Shown here in pieces: positions 17,509 to 25,316 of a DNA stretch of 36,699 bases. Location: NCBI GenBank assembly GCA_002763155.1, contig PFCU01000048.1:1-36699 (forward strand). The letters run 5' to 3'. A program made the position numbers and the translations under genes. The notes below the pieces were generated by a model. That model was not told the origin of the DNA and made no database searches. It saw only the letters and a program-made list of their open reading frames with translations. This DNA comes from Candidatus Pacearchaeota archaeon CG10_big_fil_rev_8_21_14_0_10_30_48 (GTDB taxonomy: Archaea; Nanobdellota; Nanobdellia; Pacearchaeales; GW2011-AR1). Each line of letters opens with the position of its first letter. Position 1 is the stretch's first letter.

Positions 17509-18597
17509 AACCTTTTTTTCCTTCAAAGATTCATAAGCTAAAATATACATTCCTGCATTCCAGCCTTGTCCTCCGCCACCGCTAGGTTCTCCTGTATGGC
17601 CATTAAGCCATTCGCTGAACATTGGTTTTTTAAGATTTGCTTCTGCAATTTTTTCTAATGCTTTTTCAGCTTCTTTGAATTTCTTTTGTTTTATTAGAGC
17701 TAAAACATAAAATCCTCCGATATATGTCCAAATTCCTGCATTTGAATAGTGATAAGGAGTTGCACCAGCATCATAAAAATAATCATGCCAATCTTTTCCT
17801 TTAGGTTTAATTGCAGGATATAATGTTTTGATTGGATAAGGTTGATCGATTTTATTCTTTTTAATATAGGATAATATTTTTTCAGATTGTTTTTTATCTG
17901 CTAAATCAAAAACTATTGTCATTAAATTACCTAAAGATTCAAACCAATCTCCAATCTCTTTATATTTATTATGGTTTTTCCATCTCCACGAAACATAATA
18001 ATTTCCATTCCAGAGACCGTCATCCTTACTTTTATTTACAACTTCTTTTATTTTTTTTGCTTCTTTTGTTTTTCCTAATAATATTAAAGATTTATAATAA
18101 AGAGCCTCTGTGTTTATTGTATGTCCGTAACGATGAGGAAAAGCATCAAACCAATCAGAAGTTGGTTGTTGTTCTGGCATTAAATCTTCGCCAGTATCTT
18201 GATATGAAATCCACAATTGTGCCTTTTCAATTTGTTTCTTGTATTTTTTTAATAAAGAATTATCTTTGTATCTTTTAGCATAAATGTAATTCCCAATAAT
18301 AAACCACAAAGAGGAATCAATTGATTTGTAATCTACATGGTGTTTTCTTTTAGAAAACTTATCTACTGCATTTGGTATTTGTCCTAAATGACTCTGGTTT
18401 TTTGCTAAAGTTATTATTGATTGTTTGAAAGTGTTTTGGAATTTTTTATCAATAAGACTTGCTCCTAACGAAATAATCATAGAGTCTCTCGCCCAAACAG
18501 CGTCGTAACCAGGATATGCTGCGAAAAACCCATGTTTAGTAGATGTTCTTTTTAAAACTTCTATTGCTTCATCATATGCTTCTTTTGTTTTATTCAT
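17500..18597 (-). CDS. six-hairpin (alpha/alpha)6 glycoside hydrolase, GDE_C / GH100 (neutral invertase)-like
   Basis: GFFAAYPGYDAVWARDSMIISLGASL, PYHYSNAGIWTYIGGFYVLALI, GQGWNAGMY follow the amylo-alpha-1,6-glucosidase / alkaline-neutral invertase pattern. The exact family cannot be assigned by eye. Confidence 0.6.
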   Translation of the reverse strand: MNKTKEAYDEAIEVLKRTSTKHGFFAAYPGYDAVWARDSMIISLGASLIDKKFQNTFKQSIITLAKNQSHLGQIPNAVDKFSKRKHHVDYKSIDSSLWFIIGNYIYAKRYKDNSLLKKYKKQIEKAQLWISYQDTGEDLMPEQQPTSDWFDAFPHRYGHTINTEALYYKSLILLGKTKEAKKIKEVVNKSKDDGLWNGNYYVSWRWKNHNKYKEIGDWFESLGNLMTIVFDLADKKQSEKILSYIKKNKIDQPYPIKTLYPAIKPKGKDWHDYFYDAGATPYHYSNAGIWTYIGGFYVLALIKQKKFKEAEKALEKIAEANLKKPMFSEWLNGHTGEPSGGGGQGWNAGMYILAYESLKEKKVLL

Positions 18598-18602
18598 TTT
18601 AA

Positions 18603-20810
18603 TTAGAGAATTTCATCAACAGTTAGTCTTGCAGTTAAATATGAAAGTGTTGATTCAGCTCCTTGATTTAAATTAATACTGTATTTTCCTAAACCATCAT
18701 GACAGCCACCGGTTTGTTCATTGTAAACAACTTGGTTTAAGGTATTTTTTCCTAAAAACCATTGGAAAGCTGAAAGCATGTGATTTTCATAATTAAGGTC
18801 TTTAGTTATTTTAAATGCAAGAGTTAAAGTTTGTACCATTGAAGCTGCATCTAAAGGTTGTTGATCAAAATAAGTTCTTTTTCCATTTTTTTTATACCAA
18901 CCTGCTTGACCAATTGGAACAAAAATATTATCTTTAAAAGTCACAGATACTAAAAAATCTAAAGTAATTTTTGAAACATCTAAATAATATTTATCTTGAG
19001 TTGCGATATATGCATAAAGTAATGCTTCTGGAATTTTGCTATTTGAATAAGTTAGCTTGTCTTCGAACCACTTCCAATCTTCAGTTTTATTCTTTTCAAA
19101 TAAACTAGTTAATTTATTAGCATATTCTTTAATTATATTTAAAGTTTCATCTGAATAATTCTCTTTATTATAATTATATAATCCAGTTATTGTTAAGGCA
19201 ATTGCTCTTGGAGTTGTGAAATTTTTTGTAATATTAAGTGATTTTAATAATAAATGTCTTGCATTTTCTTTTAATCTTTTAGGTAAGGATTGTATTGAAC
19301 TTAAATATCCTAAAGCATTTATTGCTCGTCCATGAGCTTCTTCACTAAAATATTCTTTGTTAATAGTTTTATCTTTTAAAACAATATTATGAAATTTGCC
19401 TTCGGAATCTTGCACATATTGAATATATTTAAGATAGGTTTCAATTAATTTTAGTGAATTTATACTTCTTGATTTTTTGTATAGTCTTGTTGCAACAATT
19501 AATGCTCTTGCATTATCATCGAGAGTGTAACCTGAATTAAGATCTGGCGTTGTATACTTTGCAAATTGAATCATGCCAAAATCATCTGTTAATCTTCTAA
19601 AATGACTTGTATTAATCCTTGGTAATTGTTCAAAACATATTTCTGGCATTTGGATATATTTTTTTATTGTTTCTCCATAAGAAATTGTCACATTTGGCCA
19701 AGTCATTTGTCTTGTATATGCATATGCGTTTTGTTCTATTTCTTCCATTTTATTTTTATCTGCAAGGGTTTCTAAAATAGCTTTTTCAAAAGATTTTGAA
19801 TTTTTGAATTTATCAATTAATATCCCTCTATCTGCTTTTAGTAAATCTTGGGCATGTAAAAATGGTGTTGAGATGCAAGTTCTTCCACATCCAAGAGCGT
19901 AAGCAAGTGTTCCAGAAGTTATTTGTTCAGGAGTTAGGGTCGGAGAAATGTAAATATCTGTAGCTTTAAGAAATCCGACGATTTCTTTTAGAGTTGTGTA
20001 TTTATTATAAAATTTGACATTATCTTCCAAATGTAGTTCTTTAATTTTTTCTCCGAGCATATTCCTATACTTCTCGCCTTCTCTTCTTCTTATGATTGGA
20101 TGAGTTGCTCCGATAATTATGTAAATTAAATTTGGATATTTTTTAACAACCTTTGGTAAAGAGCGTATAACATATTCATAACCCTTTCCTGAAGAAATCA
20201 TTCCAAATGAAGATAAAATTATTTTATCTTGTAAACCGAAATGTTTTTTTAATCTTTTTTGAGATTCAAAACCAGTTGTAGGAATTCCGTGTTGTATAAT
20301 TCTTATAGGGGTTGTTATCTTATATTTATTTTCTAAAATTTCAACTCCTTTTTGAGTCATTACAATTATTTCATCAACATTTGTAGCGATATCTTTAATG
20401 ATTTGTCTTCTTTTTTCATCGGGTTTGGGTAAAATGCTATGGAAAGTTATAGTTTTTGGTTTTTTTAATATTTTAAGAAATTTTATTATATATTCTCCAT
20501 ATTCCCCTCCAAAAATCCCAAATTCATGTTGTATAGAAACCATTTTTATTGATTTATTCTGATTTATTTTTTCGGCGATTTTTACATAGTCTGATAAAGA
20601 AGTATCACTTAATTGGTAAATAACTTTTTTAGGATAATTATAAATGTTGAGTCCATTATTATTCATGGCTAGAATTTTTGTTTTTGCATATGGATAAAAC
20701 TTTTTATCAATTGCATCTGTAAGGTCTTTTGTGAATGTTGCGATGCCACATTCTCTTGGAGGATATGAACCTACAAATAGGATTATATTTTCATCACTCT
20801 CTTTTTGCAT
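18603..20810 (-). CDS. fusion protein: N-terminal GT4 glycosyltransferase + C-terminal six-hairpin-like domain (735 aa)
   Basis: N-terminal part: ILFVGSYPPRECGIATFTKDL ... GTLAYALGCGRTCISTPF (GT4). C-terminal part, from about aa 400: RRLTDDFGMIQFAKYTTPDLNSGYTLDDNARALIVATRLY ... DQQPLDAASMV ... NQGAESTLSYL, a repeating helical-hairpin pattern. Confidence 0.7.
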   Translation of the reverse strand: MQKESDENIILFVGSYPPRECGIATFTKDLTDAIDKKFYPYAKTKILAMNNNGLNIYNYPKKVIYQLSDTSLSDYVKIAEKINQNKSIKMVSIQHEFGIFGGEYGEYIIKFLKILKKPKTITFHSILPKPDEKRRQIIKDIATNVDEIIVMTQKGVEILENKYKITTPIRIIQHGIPTTGFESQKRLKKHFGLQDKIILSSFGMISSGKGYEYVIRSLPKVVKKYPNLIYIIIGATHPIIRRREGEKYRNMLGEKIKELHLEDNVKFYNKYTTLKEIVGFLKATDIYISPTLTPEQITSGTLAYALGCGRTCISTPFLHAQDLLKADRGILIDKFKNSKSFEKAILETLADKNKMEEIEQNAYAYTRQMTWPNVTISYGETIKKYIQMPEICFEQLPRINTSHFRRLTDDFGMIQFAKYTTPDLNSGYTLDDNARALIVATRLYKKSRSINSLKLIETYLKYIQYVQDSEGKFHNIVLKDKTINKEYFSEEAHGRAINALGYLSSIQSLPKRLKENARHLLLKSLNITKNFTTPRAIALTITGLYNYNKENYSDETLNIIKEYANKLTSLFEKNKTEDWKWFEDKLTYSNSKIPEALLYAYIATQDKYYLDVSKITLDFLVSVTFKDNIFVPIGQAGWYKKNGKRTYFDQQPLDAASMVQTLTLAFKITKDLNYENHMLSAFQWFLGKNTLNQVVYNEQTGGCHDGLGKYSINLNQGAESTLSYLTARLTVDEIL

Positions 20811-20840
20811 GTTGTTATAGAGAGAAAGTTGTTTAAATAT

Positions 20841-21578
20841 TTAACGAAGTTTGGTTAAAAGTGAAGCTCCGATAAGTCCAACGTTGTCTCCAAGCTTTGC
20901 ACGAACTATCGGAATTTTCCTTTTGATTAAATCATTTTTGATTAAAATTTTTCTTATCTCAGAATATATTGATTTTACCGAAGATAAACCTCCTCCAATA
21001 ATAACTATTTCTGGGTCAAGAACATATGAGATATTTAGAATTGCGATTCCTAAATCTTCTCCAATTTGATTATACTTTTTTGATTTTTTGTTTGTTTGAT
21101 ATTTTTTTTCTAACATTTTATTATTTAATATCATATGGCCTGGCTCTCCTGCAAATCCATTTCCATGATATAACTTTCTATCAATCATAATTGCTCCACC
21201 AATTCCTGTGCCTAATGTTAAAAGAAGAAAATCCTTTTTATTTTTTCCATTCCCATAATATAATTCACCAAGACCTGCGCAATTTGCATCATTATCTACA
21301 TAAACTTTAGATTTGTATTTTTTAGAAATAATTTCTCTAATATCTATATTTTTTAAATCAATATTGGGGTTTCCATAAATTTTTCCATCTTTTACAAATC
21401 CGGCTGTTCCAATGCAAATGACTTTTGGTTTTGGGTAAGAATCTATTAAATCAAATAAAGAATTAATTATTTGTTTTTTTGTTTTTGGAGTTGTAATTGT
21501 TTGTTTATTTTTTACTTTTCCATCTGAAACTTCTGCAATTCTTATATTAGTTCCACCAATATCTAAACACAATACCAT
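20841..21578 (-). CDS. ROK-family sugar kinase (short form without the CxCGxxGC zinc motif)
   Basis: LCLDIGGTNIRIA, VDNDANCAGLGE, LTLGTGIGGAI, GEPGHM, IIGGGLS. The usual zinc-binding Cys cluster after GH is replaced by a Lys-rich segment. Confidence 0.75.
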   Translation of the reverse strand: MVLCLDIGGTNIRIAEVSDGKVKNKQTITTPKTKKQIINSLFDLIDSYPKPKVICIGTAGFVKDGKIYGNPNIDLKNIDIREIISKKYKSKVYVDNDANCAGLGELYYGNGKNKKDFLLLTLGTGIGGAIMIDRKLYHGNGFAGEPGHMILNNKMLEKKYQTNKKSKKYNQIGEDLGIAILNISYVLDPEIVIIGGGLSSVKSIYSEIRKILIKNDLIKRKIPIVRAKLGDNVGLIGASLLTKLR

Positions 21579-21646
21579 CTTTTATTATGATAAAGATAAG
21601 TTTTTTAGATTTAAAAAATGTTGTTTGTTGATTTAAGGAGTTATTA

Positions 21647-22396
21647 TTATAATTCTTTTAGAATTTGATCCATTAATTGTCCTGCAGGTAAGACTTTGCC
21701 TTGAAGATTAACATAATAATCTCCTTTCAACCGTGTTTTATCTGCTGTTATTTTAATTTCAGAACCACTGAGTAATTCTTTGTCATTGTAGTTATCTCCT
21801 AATGCTAGAACCTGATTTTTTGATAGTTTAAGTTGTTTGATTAGATTTTTTAGACCGGTTAGTTTTGTTTGAATATTTTTTATGCCAATATCGTAAGATT
21901 CATCGTTCCAGATGCAATAAAGATTTTTTTCTTTTTTCATGAGGTTTTCAATTGAGATTACTCTCTTCGTGCAATGAATTGTTATAATAAATTCTTTGGG
22001 TTCAAATCCTTTGATATTTTTGTTTTTGATTGTTTGTAATTTTGGTAAGACTTTTTTTAGTTTTTCAAAACTGTTGACATTTTGGTAAAATTTTCCTTTA
22101 ATCCATGTTGCGCTTCCATTTTCATAGGTTAGAGAGACAAATTCTAAAATTTCTTGAAACATTTCTTGAAGCATGTACAAACTTCGGCCTGAAGTGATGT
22201 TTATTTTAAATCCTTTTTTGTTTAGTTTTTTTATTTGTTCTATAAGTTCTTCTGGAATTTTTTTTGTTTCAAGAGTTGTTGTGTTTCCAACTTGTTTAAT
22301 TTTTGTTCCTCTTGGAACTAAAACTCCATCTACGTCAAATACTAAGAGTTTGATTTTTTGGATATCTGATTTTTTTAATTCAGTTATAGGTTTCAT
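21647..22396 (-). CDS. HAD-IIB (Cof-type) sugar-phosphate phosphatase
   Basis: LLVFDVDGVLV (motif I DxD), ITSGRS (motif II), K...LGDNYNDKELL (motifs III/IV). Confidence 0.75.
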   Translation of the reverse strand: MKPITELKKSDIQKIKLLVFDVDGVLVPRGTKIKQVGNTTTLETKKIPEELIEQIKKLNKKGFKINITSGRSLYMLQEMFQEILEFVSLTYENGSATWIKGKFYQNVNSFEKLKKVLPKLQTIKNKNIKGFEPKEFIITIHCTKRVISIENLMKKEKNLYCIWNDESYDIGIKNIQTKLTGLKNLIKQLKLSKNQVLALGDNYNDKELLSGSEIKITADKTRLKGDYYVNLQGKVLPAGQLMDQILKEL

Positions 22397-22749
22397 TTTC
22401 TGTTAAAATCATCTTCTAACCGTTTAATGTCTTTTTCATTGAAATTTCCGAACGATATTTCTAGAAATCTTGATGGTTTAGATAAACCCCTTGTTCGATG
22501 TTTAATATTTTTAGGAACAAAGACACTATCTCCTTTTTTTACTAACCAAGTTTTGTTTCCGACAGTAACTTTTGCAGGGTTATCTAAGAAATGCCAGTAT
22601 TCGTTTCGATTTTTGTGAATTTGTAATGAATTTCGTTTTTTTGGATTTATTGTTAGAATTTTCACAGAAGTTTTTTCGTTGAGTGTGAATTGTTCGAACT
22701 CGCCCCATGGACGTTTGTCTACTAGATGATTTTTCAACCTCTTTTTCAT
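22393..22749 (-). CDS. stand-alone type II phosphomannose isomerase cupin domain
   Basis: RPWGEFEQF...VKILTINPKKRNSLQIHKNRNEYWHFL...VTVGNKTWLVKKGDSVFVPKNIKHR...EISFGNFNEKDIKRLEDDFNR matches the C-terminal PMI domain of ManC-type enzymes. ATGA overlap with the HAD gene. Confidence 0.7.
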   Translation of the reverse strand: MKKRLKNHLVDKRPWGEFEQFTLNEKTSVKILTINPKKRNSLQIHKNRNEYWHFLDNPAKVTVGNKTWLVKKGDSVFVPKNIKHRTRGLSKPSRFLEISFGNFNEKDIKRLEDDFNRK

Positions 22750-22762
22750 GATTAGATTAAAT

Positions 22763-22777
22763 TTATATAATATATAA
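22763..22777. promoter_or_regulatory. symmetric TATA element TTATATA-A-TATATAA in a 43-nt divergent intergenic region
   Basis: Perfect 7-bp arms. It sits 14 nt from ATG 22749 (minus operon) and 16 nt from GTG 22793 (fba), consistent with two back-to-back TATA boxes driving leaderless or near-leaderless transcripts. Confidence 0.4.
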
Positions 22778-22792
22778 GTCTTTTTAGAATAG

Positions 22793-23554
22793 GTGATTAA
22801 AATTGTATCTTTGAAAAAAATAACGACTAAGGGGAAGGCAATTTACTTAGCTTATGATCAAGGATTAGAACACGGGCCTGAAACGGATTTTAATGATGTT
22901 AATGTTAACCCCTTGTATATTTTAGATATTGCTAAGAAGGGAAAATTTAATGGTGTTGTTTTTCAAAAAGGAATTGCTGAAGAATATAATAAAGAGATTC
23001 GTAAGTCGAAGGTTCCTTTGATTTTGAAATTAAATGGAAGGACTCGTCTTGTTAAGGGTGATCCGATTTCAGCACAGATTGCAACAGTTAAAGATGCGGT
23101 TAAATTAGGAGCTTCAGCTGTTGGTTTTACAATTTATATTGGAAGCAAGCATGAAGAAGAAATGATTGAAGAATTTTCTAAGATACAAACAGAGGCGCAC
23201 AAGAAAAATCTTCCAGTTATTGCTTGGATTTATCCTCGTGGGGGGAAAGTTAAAAATGATGTTTCTCGAGAAATGATGGCTTATGCAACACGGACTGCTT
23301 TAGAAATTGGTGCAGATATTGTTAAGATAAAATATGGTGGGAAGAAAAAAGATTTGGAATGGGCTGTTAAATCCGCTGGAAGATGTAAAGTTGTTATTGC
23401 TGGCGGTTCAAAAAAATCTGAGAAAGATTTTTTGAAACAGGTTAAAGAAATTAAGGACTCTGGTGCGATTGGTTTGGCGATTGGTAGAAATGTTTGGCAG
23501 TCTAAAGATCCTTTAGGTTTGAGTAAGAAGATTAGGGAGATTGTCGGGAATTAA
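22793..23554 (+). CDS. fba: class I fructose-bisphosphate aldolase, archaeal (DhnA/FbaB) type
   Basis: AYDQGLEHGP, ILKLNG, ADIVKIKY (Schiff-base Lys context), VIAGGSK, GLAIGRNVWQ. GTG start. Confidence 0.8.
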   Translation: MIKIVSLKKITTKGKAIYLAYDQGLEHGPETDFNDVNVNPLYILDIAKKGKFNGVVFQKGIAEEYNKEIRKSKVPLILKLNGRTRLVKGDPISAQIATVKDAVKLGASAVGFTIYIGSKHEEEMIEEFSKIQTEAHKKNLPVIAWIYPRGGKVKNDVSREMMAYATRTALEIGADIVKIKYGGKKKDLEWAVKSAGRCKVVIAGGSKKSEKDFLKQVKEIKDSGAIGLAIGRNVWQSKDPLGLSKKIREIVGN

Positions 23555-23555
23555 A

Positions 23556-23942
23556 TTAAAAACTAAAAATTATCAAACCAACTATTCCTGCGATTAATGC
23601 TCCGAATAAGAAAGCTATAACAATTGCTTGAACTCTTGCATCATTTGATATTAAAGCAAGGGTTGATTTTAAGTTAGTTATTTGTTTTTTCTCCTTTAAT
23701 ATTTGTAAAAAGAAAATAGCTCCAAAAATTATTAACATAATTTCAATTGCCATAAAAGTTCCTTTAATAAAAGAGGCAATAGTTAAGATTAATGAAATTT
23801 TCCAGACAAAGAGAGCGATTAAGAGAGTTATAACATATGTCAAAGGCATTGCTTTAATCGCAGGCCATTTTCGTATAACTAATAGTAAAAGAAGTAATGC
23901 AAAAGGAAGTATTGCTAATAGAGTTAGTAACTGTTCTGCCAT
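23556..23942 (-). pseudogene. N-terminal remnant (128 aa) of an L-lactate permease (LctP family) gene
   Basis: LLAILPF...IRKWPAIKA...ALFVWK...KGTFMAIEIMLIIFGAIFFLQILKEKKQITNLKSTLALISNDARVQAIVIAFLFGALIAG is collinear with the first ~125 aa of LctP/LldP (...ISxDxRLQxLxIxFxFGAFLEGAAGFG). Similarity ends where EGAAGFG is expected. The ORF stops 2 nt from the fba stop, so there is no room for the remaining ~400 aa. Confidence 0.5.
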
Positions 23943-24005
23943 GTCGCCTCGTTATTATTAAGATTAGTAATCTTTAAAACCTTTGCAGTTTATTTAATTG
24001 AGAGA

Positions 24006-24617
24006 ATGATAATCGTAAATACTAAAAATTATCTTGAAGAAAAAGAGTTGAAAAGTTTGATTAAGAAAATTGAGAAAACGAATAAAAATGTGATTGTGGC
24101 TGTTCCTGCGATTTATTTAAAAGAAATTTCTAAAAATACTAAATTAAATATTTATGCCCAACATTTAGATCCGGTTTTATATGAAACGACGACGGGCGCA
24201 GTTATTCCGAAAATGATTAAAAAAATGAATGTTAAAGGTTCTTTAATTAATCATAGTGAATATCAACTTTTATTAGGAGAAATAAAAATAATTGTAGAAC
24301 AATGTAAGAAATACGATTTGAAATCGATTGTTTGCGCTTCGGATTTGAGGGAAGTTAAACAAATAATTAAGTTTAATCCTACGGCAATTGCATTTGAAGA
24401 TCCGAAATTAATTTCTTCTGGAAAATCAATAACAAAGCATAATCCTAAAATGATTAAAAAATTTGTTAAGCTGTTGGAGAAAACAAATATTGTTCCCTTA
24501 TGCGGTGCAGGAATTTCAACTAAGGAAGATATAAAAGCTGCTGAAGATTTAGGTTGTAAAGGCGTGCTTATTGCTTCGGCAGTTGCTAAAAAAGGGAAGG
24601 TTGAAATTTTGAAATGA
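24006..24617 (+). CDS. tpiA: triosephosphate isomerase, short archaeal type
   Basis: IIVNTKNY, SLINHSE (catalytic His), IAFEDPKLISSGKS (catalytic Glu), CGAGIS, GVLIASAV. The 203-aa length is typical of archaeal TIM. Confidence 0.85.
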   Translation: MIIVNTKNYLEEKELKSLIKKIEKTNKNVIVAVPAIYLKEISKNTKLNIYAQHLDPVLYETTTGAVIPKMIKKMNVKGSLINHSEYQLLLGEIKIIVEQCKKYDLKSIVCASDLREVKQIIKFNPTAIAFEDPKLISSGKSITKHNPKMIKKFVKLLEKTNIVPLCGAGISTKEDIKAAEDLGCKGVLIASAVAKKGKVEILK

Positions 24618-25279
24618 AAATAGCTAAAACTAAAAAAGATTTTGAAAGACTCTACGAAGAAAAACATTTTAGGGTTACGATTTTTGGAAGTGCGAGAATT
24701 AAAAAAAATGATCCCAGATATAATGAAATTAAAAAATTAGCTGAAATGATTGCTGAACGAGGAATAGATGTTGTTACGGGCGGAGGCCCAGGAATAATGG
24801 AAGCAGCTAATTTAGGACATCAAGAAGGTAAGAAAAAAAGTCGGGTTGAAACTCATTCAATTGGTCTTGGAATAAAACTTCCTCACGAACAAATGTTTAA
24901 CAGAAGTGTTGGGGAAAGTAAAACCTTTAATCGTTTTTCTAATAGGTTGGATAATTTTATGCTTTTATCGAATATTGTTGTTGTTGCAGAAGGAGGAGTT
25001 GGAACTTTGTTGGAACTTTTTTACACTTGGCAGTTAATGCAGGTAAAACATATTTGTAATGTGCCGATTATTTTATTGGGAGATATGTGGCCAGGATTAT
25101 TGAAATGGTTAGAAGCAAATCCTCTAAAGAAAAAAATGTTTACTAAAGAAGATTTTAATTCGTTGTATCACGCTAAAAACTCTAATGAAGCGATGAAAGT
25201 TATTGATAAAGCTTATGCTGGTTATATTAAAGGTGATCCTAATTTCTGTTTGAATTATAAAAAATATAACTTCAATTAG
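24614..25279 (+). CDS. LOG / TIGR00730 family protein (lysine-decarboxylase-like Rossmann fold)
   Basis: VTIFGSAR, VVTGGGPGIMEAAN, VAEGGVGTLLELF (PGGxGTxxE-type motif). ATGA overlap with tpiA. Confidence 0.8.
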   Translation: MKIAKTKKDFERLYEEKHFRVTIFGSARIKKNDPRYNEIKKLAEMIAERGIDVVTGGGPGIMEAANLGHQEGKKKSRVETHSIGLGIKLPHEQMFNRSVGESKTFNRFSNRLDNFMLLSNIVVVAEGGVGTLLELFYTWQLMQVKHICNVPIILLGDMWPGLLKWLEANPLKKKMFTKEDFNSLYHAKNSNEAMKVIDKAYAGYIKGDPNFCLNYKKYNFN

Positions 25280-25316
25280 TTAAGTTTAAAATATTCTTTT
25301 TCCTTGTTTTAGTAAG

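Noticed and set aside
24263-24667. 134-aa antisense ORF opposite tpiA, and similar ORFs at 468-650, 4476-4700, 4785-4979, 6556-6807, 9758-10033, 9927-10298, 13925-14209, 15468-15698, 17916-18278, 20851-21069, 22173-22406, 22427-22618, 25971-26225, 28238-28423, 29625-29816, 29806-30030, 32664-32885, 32779-33015, 33382-33579, 35577-35918
   Set aside because: All lie wholly within, or mostly overlap, confidently identified genes on the other strand or in another frame. Their translations are low-complexity (F/L/I/S/K-rich) shadow sequences with no motifs.
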